Shown: positions 18,259-26,948 of the stretch, piece by piece
Layout of the letters: every line of letters starts with the position of its first letter
Position numbering within the stretch: position 1 is the first letter of the stretch
NCBI GenBank assembly: GCA_048886185.1
Contig: JBHLKY010000003.1
Coordinates: 30,001-62,000, forward strand
Direction of reading: 5' to 3'
Length of the DNA stretch: 32,000 nucleotides
Source: Candidatus Hermodarchaeota archaeon
Lineage (GTDB): Archaea; Asgardarchaeota; Heimdallarchaeia; Hodarchaeales; Hodarchaeaceae
Program-made: the position numbers and the translations under genes
Notes under the pieces: model-generated
The model's input: the letters and a program-made list of their open reading frames with translations, nothing else
Told to the model about the DNA's origin: nothing
Databases searched by the model: none

Positions 18259-19279
18259 AAACCTTAAATCGAGTATCAAGCTTCTCTGTGGTAATAACAA
18301 CTCCTAATAATTCTTCTATCAGCTTGATATTAGTTTTGGTATGGTTGGATAAATATGGGGTGTAAAAAACACTCGATGTTGAAGCTGTTGCTATAATAGG
18401 TAGAATTTGATCTGCTAAAAACGGATCAATAGTACTTTGACTATTAAGAGTTGTAATATAACGTTCAAAAGCTTTTTTACCCACTGTTTCTGCAGATAGC
18501 TTACGTTCACCTATAAAATCCCCACCAATCACATTATTTTCGGCTTTTGAGAAGACTAAAACTCCTGAACCAGGATTATCTGCTTCAACAGATTCCATTA
18601 CCACTTCGGAATCTATAGACTGTTTTTGCAGGTTTGTGACAATTGTGTTTGCTTGTCTTTCTGCAACTCGCGCTCTTTGAAGATGTTTTGTTTCGAAGGA
18701 TAGAACATTTGCGATTTTTGGCTTTTTAAATACTTCAAGATTCAATCCTTTAAAAGAAGAAGGAGAGTGAATTGTAGCTAAAACTTTTGCTCCTCCCTTA
18801 GGAAAAAACCCATGGCGAAGAATGTTAATCTCAAGATTGTAATTCAATTGACGAAGGATTTCCCAAGTGACATGATTAACATAGGGAATAGTAGGAGCCC
18901 ATTTTCCAAAAGTTGCCCCACCTCGAATCTGTACCTTAAGAGAATGATTCTTGACTCCAAGAATAGCCACCTGAAGAGACTGCAAAATCAATCCAATACT
19001 ACCAGCTGTTGTAACAGAAATCTTCAAATCTGAATTCCAAGAGTTAGCTGGGGTGAAGAAAACTGTTCCTGATCCAATATGATCCCCTTCTAATTCACCA
19101 CCACAAAAATCAGCTAATGCACGAAGTCCCACAAGATGTTGTGTTTGGAGTCCAGGGTTTGGGCGATTTTTGCGGATATCAACAATTTTGACGGGTTCTT
19201 GCATCACAAGAGCAAAGGAGGTCACTAAGCGAAGAATAGATCCTCCCCCTTCCCCTAAACTTCCATCATAAACACGCAA
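18245..19279 (-). CDS. rtcA: RNA 3'-terminal phosphate cyclase
   Basis: DGSLGEGGGSILR, RPNPGLQTQHL, RHGFFPKGG, ADQIL and catalytic HTKTN motif. TTG at 19279 matches the usual N-terminus; the track start 19369 is also possible. Confidence 0.92.
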   Translation of the reverse strand: MRVYDGSLGEGGGSILRLVTSFALVMQEPVKIVDIRKNRPNPGLQTQHLVGLRALADFCGGELEGDHIGSGTVFFTPANSWNSDLKISVTTAGSIGLILQSLQVAILGVKNHSLKVQIRGGATFGKWAPTIPYVNHVTWEILRQLNYNLEINILRHGFFPKGGAKVLATIHSPSSFKGLNLEVFKKPKIANVLSFETKHLQRARVAERQANTIVTNLQKQSIDSEVVMESVEADNPGSGVLVFSKAENNVIGGDFIGERKLSAETVGKKAFERYITTLNSQSTIDPFLADQILPIIATASTSSVFYTPYLSNHTKTNIKLIEELLGVVITTEKLDTRFKVSIDV

Positions 19280-19375
19280 ATGGAGACCCCAAACAAATTC
19301 AGCATGCTGATCAAGGCGACAACGAGGGAGATTATAAGGATTACGGCTTTTCCTATCCTTATACAGCAAAAAGAG

Positions 19376-19537
19376 CTATCCTGCTCTCTCTTTTCTCTTG
19401 GGACGTAGTCTTCTAGAGCGGCATCGACGACATTTCGTCGCACCTGGAGGATTTCGAGCATAGCATTTTCTACATATCGTCATCTCAAGTAATGCTTTTC
19501 GTACAATGTCTCGCTTCTCAGGATCGGTGATTGGCAT
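19376..19537 (-). CDS. rpl40e: 50S ribosomal protein L40e (53 aa, absent from ORF track)
   Basis: My translation: MPITDPEKRDIVRKALLEMTICRKCYARNPPGATKCRRCRSRRLRPKRKERAG. Confidence 0.95.
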   Translation of the reverse strand: MPITDPEKRDIVRKALLEMTICRKCYARNPPGATKCRRCRSRRLRPKRKERAG

Positions 19538-20004
19538 CGTTTTAAGTTCCTTTTCTATAGACCACCTATAATTATAGAATCGAAAGGTAGTTTTTGAAAA
19601 TGGTGATTAAATGTGACTATTTCAAGAGATTTTATAAAAATTTATATTCTTTCTTGTGAAAAGGAAGCCTAATTTACAGGTTTAGAGTAAAAATCAACGC
19701 CTTCTAAATCATAAATGTTTATAATAACCTAAAATCATCATTATCATATAAGAGACAATTCATAATGAACATCAGGCTAGAAATAACGAGAATAATGGTG
19801 ATGAAGCTATCTCGTAAAAACACTATTCAATATAAGAGTGTATTTCAATTCTTCTCTCTATTACTTGCAAGATAAACATGAATTATTTACAAAACGCACC
19901 TCGATGTTTTTTAATAATCTACAGATTGTTTATCCTGCTTCAAAAATAAACTGCTACTGTATATCATCCAATCCTTTTGGAAGGATTGACTTGTTACCCC
20001 CCCG

Positions 20005-20027
20005 CCCCCTCGATTTCGAGTGTAGAA
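20005..20027 (-). promoter_or_regulatory. ORB-like motif (candidate Orc1/Cdc6 binding box)
   Basis: Minus strand TTCTACACTCGAAATCGAGGGGG resembles the archaeal ORB pattern TCCA-nnn-GAAA-nnnn-G-string, inside a 639-bp AT-rich intergenic gap. Only one clear copy, and no cdc6 gene nearby. Confidence 0.3.
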
Positions 20028-20176
20028 TATGAGTTACAACGACAAAAAAGAGGAATAAATCCAAATCGCAACCTGTGGTATGTTTAGTTATCTCCATACT
20101 ATTTCCAGAAAACATTAATAAATGAGAAAAATCCATAGGAGAAATGAAACAATAATTCGGATATGGTGAAACCCCA

Positions 20177-20464
20177 ATGCAGTATTACATGAGTGTATCA
20201 GAGATTCAAGATCGAGTAAGAACATTGATTAATCATTTCACAGGAAGTTATAGTTTGAAATCCCCCTTTTTCAATCCAAGATTGGTGAATTCTCTCCAAA
20301 AAATGGTGGATCCCAACCTTCTAAACAACGAGAAAGTAGCTGAAGAAATTATAACGGCTTTTTTAAATTCTATCATCTTAGCTGGGCAATTGGGCATTGA
20401 TATTGAAACAAAAGTAAATGAGTATCTTATCCAGCTTGAAAGAGAAGCTCTCTTTGCGATGTAG
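20177..20464 (+). CDS. Degenerate MazG-like (all-alpha NTP-PPase fold) small protein
   Basis: SEIQDRV and VAEEIITAFLNSIILAGQLGIDIE resemble the family pattern; acidic metal ligands are largely missing. Confidence 0.5.
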   Translation: MQYYMSVSEIQDRVRTLINHFTGSYSLKSPFFNPRLVNSLQKMVDPNLLNNEKVAEEIITAFLNSIILAGQLGIDIETKVNEYLIQLEREALFAM

Positions 20465-20509
20465 AAGTTAAAGAATAGTATGTTTTGAAAAGATAAGTAT
20501 AGCTTTAGT

Positions 20510-21586
20510 TTAGCCAAAGAGAGCCATAATTGAATCAAGAGTTGAAAAACCTAATACTAGAGATATTAAGACACCTAATACCAAACATCCTAATCCTCCA
20601 AAAATAGGAAGTGGGAGGCCAGGTAAAGCTCTTTCTTTTTTCAAAAACTTGAAAGTATAATACGCACCCACAAAAAGTCCAGTGAGCGCTGTGATGAGAG
20701 GAATTGGAGTAACTAATTCAACGCCTATCACAACAGCAACACTTATCAGCATGCTGAAAAATGCAAAATCACCAAGGCCTATATTTATTAAAGGAGTGGA
20801 ATAGACTGGAAGAGCTGGTAACAAAGGAACTTTCTCATATTCATACCCATTTTGAGAATTCATGGCTTTTTCATATTCCTCAGCAGTTTCCCGGCCGTGG
20901 TCAATAATTCCTTTCAAAGGACCACGAAAAACAGCATAAATGTCATATAATGACAACCCTACTAAGATTAATATAGTAGTAAGGAGACCAAGATGTATAG
21001 CTAACATTGAGCCAATCATAGCACCAAAAAAGATCATCATCAGGTTACGAAACCAGATTCTATCGAAACTCTGGATACCAAATGAGATGATACCTAATAC
21101 TCCTAAAATTATTGCAAAAAGGTATAGTAATGGTATAAAAAGTGTGTTGATCCAACCTCTTATGAGATTGGGTAAATATTTCCACAAGAAGTTGATAACA
21201 TTAAAAGAAATGATTCCCCCATAAAATGCTCCAAAGACAAACCAGCTGAATCCCATCATCGCAGCGAAGAAATAGACCAATAACTGCATGAATCCTTTCT
21301 TTATTATAATTAAGACTACGATCCCACCAATAAAGGCTAATGTAACGTAAAAAATCATATTTAGAATTGCTCCGTAAGCAATTCCACCTGGATCCTCTGG
21401 ATTTTCTGGAATTGGGGAAATATCAGGGCGAGTATAATTTGGGTTATCCTGTTCTATCATTGCGTAGTAATCAAGTGTGAATAATGATAAGACAATAGCA
21501 ATCACAAGGACGAAAACTATCGGCTGAATAAATGCCCTTAACTTAGCTTCGGAGGTTTCATGGCTTTCGGTTGTACTTTCACTCAT
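20510..21586 (-). CDS. Presenilin-family (A22) intramembrane aspartyl protease
   Basis: LYDIYAV (YD), IGLGDF (GxGD) and C-terminal ALPGLP motifs; multi-TM. Confidence 0.9.
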   Translation of the reverse strand: MSESTTESHETSEAKLRAFIQPIVFVLVIAIVLSLFTLDYYAMIEQDNPNYTRPDISPIPENPEDPGGIAYGAILNMIFYVTLAFIGGIVVLIIIKKGFMQLLVYFFAAMMGFSWFVFGAFYGGIISFNVINFLWKYLPNLIRGWINTLFIPLLYLFAIILGVLGIISFGIQSFDRIWFRNLMMIFFGAMIGSMLAIHLGLLTTILILVGLSLYDIYAVFRGPLKGIIDHGRETAEEYEKAMNSQNGYEYEKVPLLPALPVYSTPLINIGLGDFAFFSMLISVAVVIGVELVTPIPLITALTGLFVGAYYTFKFLKKERALPGLPLPIFGGLGCLVLGVLISLVLGFSTLDSIMALFG

Positions 21587-21653
21587 TTACTTTCACGTAA
21601 ACTGTGAACAAAAAGTGAAAATAAAAATACTGGAACGAGAACCATGTATGCAA

Positions 21654-22655
21654 ATGGAAAAACTTGAGAATTTGGGAGAATCGAAGATCATTAATCTCCT
21701 ACAACAATATATTGATGTTTCTACCCTTCTTGGAACCAATGAAGATGCTTACCTGTATAATAATGTCCATCCGTATGTTATTGTGAATGTTGATACGATG
21801 TCGAGGGATTCAGATTTTTTACCACAACAGACGTGGAAACAATTGGGAGTAAAACTAGTAGCAATAACATTTTCGGATCTAGCAGCGAAAGGGGCGACAC
21901 CTAAATTATTCATATCATCGTTAGTCTTAGAAGGATCTATGAAAGAAAACGAACTCAGAGAACTGGTAGCTGCAATCCAAAACACTAGTCATAAATATGG
22001 CGCAAAATTCTTTGGCGGCGATCTGGGCTCTTCAGCCGAAACTGTCTTAACTGGAGTAGGAATAGGCTCTATAGAAACGGGAAAAATCTTAACTAGAAGA
22101 GACGCAAAAAACGGAGACTTAGTCTGCGTTACAGGCCATTTTGGATTGACCTCTATCGGATTGGATTATCTATTATCTCCCATGGCCAACAAACATGATA
22201 TTTTCCCTGACAGCCTTCTTGAACTCAGTAAAACGCGGCTTTACGAGCCCCAACCGAAGCTAAGAGAAGGATTATTACTTAGTGAATATGAAATTGCCTC
22301 ATCTTCGATAGATAGTTCTGATGGATTAGCAATTTCATTACATTGGTTATCTCAGGCTTCCGATACAGGTATTGTCATATATAACCTACCTATCCACCCT
22401 GAAGTAGAACCTCTTCTGGGTTCATTTAATGCAATCTTAGAAACAACAATGTTTGGTGGTGAGGAGTATGAGCTCATTTTTACTGTTCCCCCTTCTAAAT
22501 TAAATAAGTTAGAAAATGTTTTCAACCAAAATAACTGCCAATTCTTTATTATAGGAAAATGTATAGAAGCACAAGGTGTCTTCGTGTCTCAAAATGAGAA
22601 GCTAATCCCTGTACCCATGCGCGGATGGGATTCCTTTCGAAAAAAGGTGTTTTGA
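21654..22655 (+). CDS. thiL: Thiamine-monophosphate kinase
   Basis: LGESKII, EDA, FSDLAAKGATP, GGDL, IDSSDGL, GGEEYELIFT; start is 21654 or 21648. Confidence 0.93.
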   Translation: MEKLENLGESKIINLLQQYIDVSTLLGTNEDAYLYNNVHPYVIVNVDTMSRDSDFLPQQTWKQLGVKLVAITFSDLAAKGATPKLFISSLVLEGSMKENELRELVAAIQNTSHKYGAKFFGGDLGSSAETVLTGVGIGSIETGKILTRRDAKNGDLVCVTGHFGLTSIGLDYLLSPMANKHDIFPDSLLELSKTRLYEPQPKLREGLLLSEYEIASSSIDSSDGLAISLHWLSQASDTGIVIYNLPIHPEVEPLLGSFNAILETTMFGGEEYELIFTVPPSKLNKLENVFNQNNCQFFIIGKCIEAQGVFVSQNEKLIPVPMRGWDSFRKKVF

Positions 22656-22709
22656 AGGTTAAAGTTTAATATAATAGGAAATTCCTTCTGAGATAGAAAA
22701 AAGGGCTCA

Positions 22710-22782
22710 TGCGCCGACTGGGATTTGAACCCAGGTCACCTGTGTGGCAGACAGGAGTCTTACCAGGCTGGACTATCGGCGC
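22710..22782 (-). tRNA. tRNA-Gly(GCC), intronless
   Basis: 73-nt cloverleaf: GCGCCGA/TCGGCGC, CCTGT-CTGCCAC-ACAGG, CTGGG-TTCAAAT-CCCAG. Confidence 0.97.
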
Positions 22783-22976
22783 TAGATAAGGTTGTCAAGT
22801 CAAGGTAATTTATATAATTTCCTTCTTCCATAAACGTCTCCATTATAGGTGGGACTCTATATAATCACCGTTTTCCTATTTGTCATTAATTTTTTCATTA
22901 ATTTTTTCTTTGATCACCCTAAGGCAAAAAGGTGAATAGTGACATTTTTTATCTAAAGGTATAATTTCTTGCTTTA

Positions 22977-23771
22977 CTAATAAATTCTTTTATTCCTTTG
23001 GAGGCTATTCTGAAGTTTAAGTTCTACCCATTTCAAAACTCCCATCATTGTACTAAGTTCACGCCCTGTGACATATCCTCGCGAAATTATATTCGTAAAT
23101 GCTTGTAATGCAACATGCTGTTTTTCAGGATGGTATCCAGTGATTTTAATTACCTTTTCAAAGTAATTCATCAGTAATTGCCTTTCTTTATGAGAAGCTG
23201 CACGATATTTTAGTTTACCTTCAGAATCATTAAGGGATATTTCCTGGAGCTTTTGGTTAAGAAAATACAATATAATAGCGACCGCGTGTGAAATATTCAT
23301 TGAAGAATAAGCCATATGGGTAGGAATAGTAACCAGTAGATCACATAAATCTATTTCTTCATTAGATAATCCTGATTGTTCTCTACCAAATACAATTCCC
23401 AGTTTATTGTACCAAAAATCCTCTTTCCACAACTGTTCTGGGGAAATTGCTACCCTTTTTAAATTATAGTCACTCCCTATTCGAGCTGTTGTGCCAATTA
23501 AGAATTCAAATTCGTCACGTACATCCTGAAGATGCATAGCAAGCTGAGCTTGATTAATGATCACTTCAGCACGGCGGGCTACAATTTTTATCTCTGAATC
23601 TGACAATTCAAGTTTAGGATTTATTAGAAGAAGATTTGAAAAACCAAAGTTCATCATAGCTCTTGCAATATTACCTAAGTTTTGAGGTTTACTTGGTTCG
23701 ACTAGAATAATGTACAAAGAATCCCACTTGAACTTCTTCTTTAAATTATTATTGCGAGAATTATTACTCAT
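22977..23771 (-). CDS. trmJ: SPOUT tRNA C32/U32 2'-O-methyltransferase, TrmJ family
   Basis: LVEPSKPQNLGNIARAMMNFG, VFGREQSGLSNEE, YSSMNISHAV motifs. Confidence 0.88.
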   Translation of the reverse strand: MSNNSRNNNLKKKFKWDSLYIILVEPSKPQNLGNIARAMMNFGFSNLLLINPKLELSDSEIKIVARRAEVIINQAQLAMHLQDVRDEFEFLIGTTARIGSDYNLKRVAISPEQLWKEDFWYNKLGIVFGREQSGLSNEEIDLCDLLVTIPTHMAYSSMNISHAVAIILYFLNQKLQEISLNDSEGKLKYRAASHKERQLLMNYFEKVIKITGYHPEKQHVALQAFTNIISRGYVTGRELSTMMGVLKWVELKLQNSLQRNKRIY

Positions 23772-24059
23772 GAAATCATCTCAACATTGAATGACTTTTT
23801 ATATCCAGTAATGATGAGAATTACATCCTATTCGCTAATAAAAATGGATAATAGGGGTAATGCCATTTAACCTACTCTAAAGACCTATTCTGATCTGATT
23901 AACCTAGATTATGCAATATTGACACATTAATGGTAAAGATATTCTTTTTAACAAAGTATTATTGATTTACTAATCAAGAGTCACACCTTAAAAAAGATAA
24001 ATATTGATGTTCATACTGCGTGTCTTGCCCCCTCGGTGGAAATATTACACCTCTAAAAT

Positions 24060-24222
24060 GCGGGGGTAGCCAAGCTAGGTCAAAGGCGGCATTCATTGGG
24101 CTAGATGATAGCTTAGTATATCATATCATGTCGCGCCGTCCAAAGGCGCTGGACTTAAGATCGCTTTTTGATAAGCAATCCAGTCATATAGATGTACGTG
24201 GGTTCAAATCCCATCCCCCGCA
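24060..24222 (+). tRNA. tRNA-Leu(TAA), two introns: 21/22 (24084-24143, 60 nt) and 37/38 (24160-24177, 18 nt)
   Basis: Acceptor GCGGGGG/CCCCCGC and long variable arm; 85 nt after splicing. Anticodon BHB CUUA/UAAG is perfect; D-loop BHB GGUC/GUCC has outer helix GGCG/CGCC. Confidence 0.88.
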
Positions 24223-24230
24223 TTTTTCTT

Positions 24231-25559
24231 TCAATAGAAATCACGAGAATTTTTTTCTCTTTCCCCGATTAGATAAGTAGACCCAATATCTGTTACCTGG
24301 GCTTTCAAAAACTGTCCGAGTGAAAGATTTCCATCTTCTATCAATATCGGTAAATATGATGGATTTCTACCAATGAATTGCTTGGAGTGTTTTCCAAATT
24401 CATCAATCAGAATTATTCCCTTCCATCCCAGCCATTTTTTCAGTTCTTTTTGAGTGATCGAATGTACTAATTTGGTCAATTCCCTACTACGGCTAGCTTT
24501 GACTTGTGTTGGGATCTTGGGTGAAAACTGTGATGCTAATGTTTCTGGACGATCAGTGTATTTTGAAATATTTACAATTAAAGGTTTAATTTCACGTATA
24601 AGTCTTTTAGTTGCCTCGAAATCGTTTTGAGTCTCTCCAGGAAAACCAGCTATTATATCGGTTGCTAGGACAAATTCATCGACTTTTTGTTGCAATTGAG
24701 AAACGAGGTCAATGAAATATTGACTGGTCTCTTTTCTTCTCATTTTCTCTAGAATTGGGTCAGATCCAGACTGAATCGGTAAATGAAGAAAGGAAAACAC
24801 TTTTGGGTTGCATAATTGCTGGACTAAGGGATCAAAGAAGTTTTTTAATGTATTTGGAGTCATCATTCCTAATCGTATGAAAAAATCTCCTTTTAATTGG
24901 GTAATAGATTTAATTAGATCTGGAATTTGTAATTTAGGTGAAAGATCCCACCCGTAAACGCCTGTATCTTGCGAAGTGAGCCATATTTCTTTACTTCCAT
25001 TTGTTGTTGCAGCCTGTATTTCCGCTATGATTGATTCTTGGGAGCGTGAGCGAACATTGCCCTTAATATTTTTAACAATACAAAAAGCACATGAACCCAA
25101 ACACCCCCGAGCTATCTCGATCGTTGTGATTACTGGATTGTAGCGAAATCGTTCTTCTGTGTAGAGTTGAGACCATACTTGAGGGCTACTTATCTTGATT
25201 TCTTGCACAGACTTACTTTCTAAAAGGTCTTGAATTTGATTCGCAGCTTCTGGGAACAGAATTCTCGCGCGTGGTAAGTTTTTTGTAACCCAATTCCGCA
25301 TAACAACAGGTAAACAGCCAGTTACAATGATTTCTTTAGTCTCTGATAAAGATAAAAGCATACTTTTCATTTTATGCTCTGTATTTTGTTTTACAACGCA
25401 TGTGTTAGCGATGATTACTTCAGCATCTTTAATAGATTTAGTTAGAGGGTATCCATGTCTTTCTAAAATACCGATTATCCCTTCTGCGATGGCCCGATTA
25501 GCACTACAACCATAATTTAGAATATGAATTGATTTTTTGCCCTTTTCTAACGTTTTCAT
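24231..25559 (-). CDS. tRNA t6A37 methylthiotransferase (MiaB-like, archaeal e-MtaB/CDKAL1 type radical SAM)
   Basis: NYGCSAN, ANTCVVK, GCLGSCAFC, TDIIAGFPGET motifs and C-terminal TRAM domain. Confidence 0.88.
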   Translation of the reverse strand: MKTLEKGKKSIHILNYGCSANRAIAEGIIGILERHGYPLTKSIKDAEVIIANTCVVKQNTEHKMKSMLLSLSETKEIIVTGCLPVVMRNWVTKNLPRARILFPEAANQIQDLLESKSVQEIKISSPQVWSQLYTEERFRYNPVITTIEIARGCLGSCAFCIVKNIKGNVRSRSQESIIAEIQAATTNGSKEIWLTSQDTGVYGWDLSPKLQIPDLIKSITQLKGDFFIRLGMMTPNTLKNFFDPLVQQLCNPKVFSFLHLPIQSGSDPILEKMRRKETSQYFIDLVSQLQQKVDEFVLATDIIAGFPGETQNDFEATKRLIREIKPLIVNISKYTDRPETLASQFSPKIPTQVKASRSRELTKLVHSITQKELKKWLGWKGIILIDEFGKHSKQFIGRNPSYLPILIEDGNLSLGQFLKAQVTDIGSTYLIGEREKNSRDFY

Positions 25560-25654
25560 CTTAATATAATCCGAACTACTTTACTCTGCAAAACATTTTT
25601 TTAAGATCTGAGACATTTTTACAGCTGTGTTATTCATTCCTGAAGGTGTAAAAG

Positions 25655-25804
25655 ATTCGAACTGTAACCCTTTATATAGAAGAAGAGTTAATAGATGCCA
25701 TGGCTGAACTTGTTAGGAATGGAAAATATCCAAATCGTTCTGAATTTGTACGTTCAGCCATTCGAGACTTAATTGACAAATATCAAAATAACCATGAATC
25801 CTGA
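25655..25804 (+). CDS. Ribbon-helix-helix (CopG/Arc/MetJ) regulator, 49 aa, apparent ATT start (absent from ORF track)
   Basis: My translation: (I/M)RTVTLYIEEELIDAMAELVRNGKYPNRSEFVRSAIRDLIDKYQNNHES; in-frame TAA two codons upstream. Confidence 0.8.
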   Translation: MRTVTLYIEEELIDAMAELVRNGKYPNRSEFVRSAIRDLIDKYQNNHES

Positions 25805-25839
25805 TTTTTCTTTTTAAGAAGTATTATTATGATACTTCA

Positions 25840-26772
25840 TTAAGTATTTTCTTTAATCCAGTTACTAAGGAGAGGAATAACACTTATTGTTGTAAGTCCA
25901 CTTAAATCGGTCATAATTGTATCAGTTGCGATAGTATGAGTAGGATTGACTTCTTGCATTATTGAAAAGTTCTTAGAAGTATGAACTGCATGAATATAAG
26001 CGAAAATCACATTTTTTGCACCCTTTTCTTTTACTATTTGCGCAGCGCCAATCATGGTCTTTCCAGAGCTGACTATATCGTCAATGATGACAATAGACTG
26101 ATTTTCAATCTCAAAAGCTATATTTTCTAATTTTTGTGATATTTCTCCGGTATCTGGGTTTCTGAACTTTTGAATGGCAGTAAAGAATGGCGTATTTATA
26201 GAATTTGCAAGTTCCTCAGCCAAAAAAAGTGCACCTTCATCTGGAGCAAGACAAATGGCCTCCTGAGGAGACGAAAGAAGGGATTTTAGTTCATTTCCCA
26301 AAACTGGAATTGCCGAGAGGTCGAATGCACGAGACTTGGTGAAAATCTGATTAATCTCTCTCTTACCATAAATATGTGAGTTGAATGTCACATAAGTATT
26401 AACACCTGCAGACTCCAGAGCTGAAGCTAGATAATGATAAGATATGGGTTCCCCCTTCCGAAATTCCTCATCTTGTCTCGAATAGAGAGGATAAGGCATA
26501 ATGCAAGAGATTCGTGCAGGTTTGTATCGTTTCACATTATAGAGTGTCCAGAGAAGTGAAATTAGGTATTGGTTCTTTGGTTGGCATGCCTTTAGCTGCA
26601 TAGCAATGACAGCATGAGCCCCCTTTAGTTGCTCTTCATTTGATATTAACAATCGTGGACAAACTTCCTCATCAGGAAAAGTTCTCTCCTCAACTTCAAT
26701 AAAAACCGACTCTGAAACAGCTTTTGCAATCATTCCTGCGAAATTTGATTTTCCTATCAATGTAACTTTCAT
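25840..26772 (-). CDS. prs: Ribose-phosphate pyrophosphokinase
   Basis: FPDEE, YSRQD, LAPDEGA, IIDDIVSSGKT motifs; ATG at 26772 preferred. Confidence 0.92.
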   Translation of the reverse strand: MKVTLIGKSNFAGMIAKAVSESVFIEVEERTFPDEEVCPRLLISNEEQLKGAHAVIAMQLKACQPKNQYLISLLWTLYNVKRYKPARISCIMPYPLYSRQDEEFRKGEPISYHYLASALESAGVNTYVTFNSHIYGKREINQIFTKSRAFDLSAIPVLGNELKSLLSSPQEAICLAPDEGALFLAEELANSINTPFFTAIQKFRNPDTGEISQKLENIAFEIENQSIVIIDDIVSSGKTMIGAAQIVKEKGAKNVIFAYIHAVHTSKNFSIMQEVNPTHTIATDTIMTDLSGLTTISVIPLLSNWIKENT

Positions 26773-26948
26773 CGTAAAGACTGCTCCTTGAGAATAGTTT
26801 AACAGCTGTTTTTCTAAAATGATATATAAGCCACTTGAGTGGAAAATAATTATTAATATCGAGTGAGTCTTTTTTGATTTGTTTTTCAAGGATTAATCAG
26901 CTTTTTGAATACTATAGTGCCATTGTATCATTTAATAAACACTTAGAG

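Noticed and set aside
19255-19461. 68-aa minus-strand ORF
   Set aside because: Out-of-frame overlap of rpl40e and the start of rtcA.
19990-20005. Minus-strand GCGGGGGGGTAACAAG resembling a tRNA-Leu 5' end
   Set aside because: No D-arm, anticodon arm, T-loop or matching 3' acceptor half found, so neither a tRNA nor a split-tRNA half is supported.
19838-20136. Two 60-64-aa ORFs in the rpl40e/MazG-like gap
   Set aside because: Short, mutually overlapping, no motif; chance ORFs are expected.
24020-24280. 86-aa plus-strand ORF
   Set aside because: It is the tRNA-Leu gene translated by chance and overlaps the end of the MtaB-type gene.
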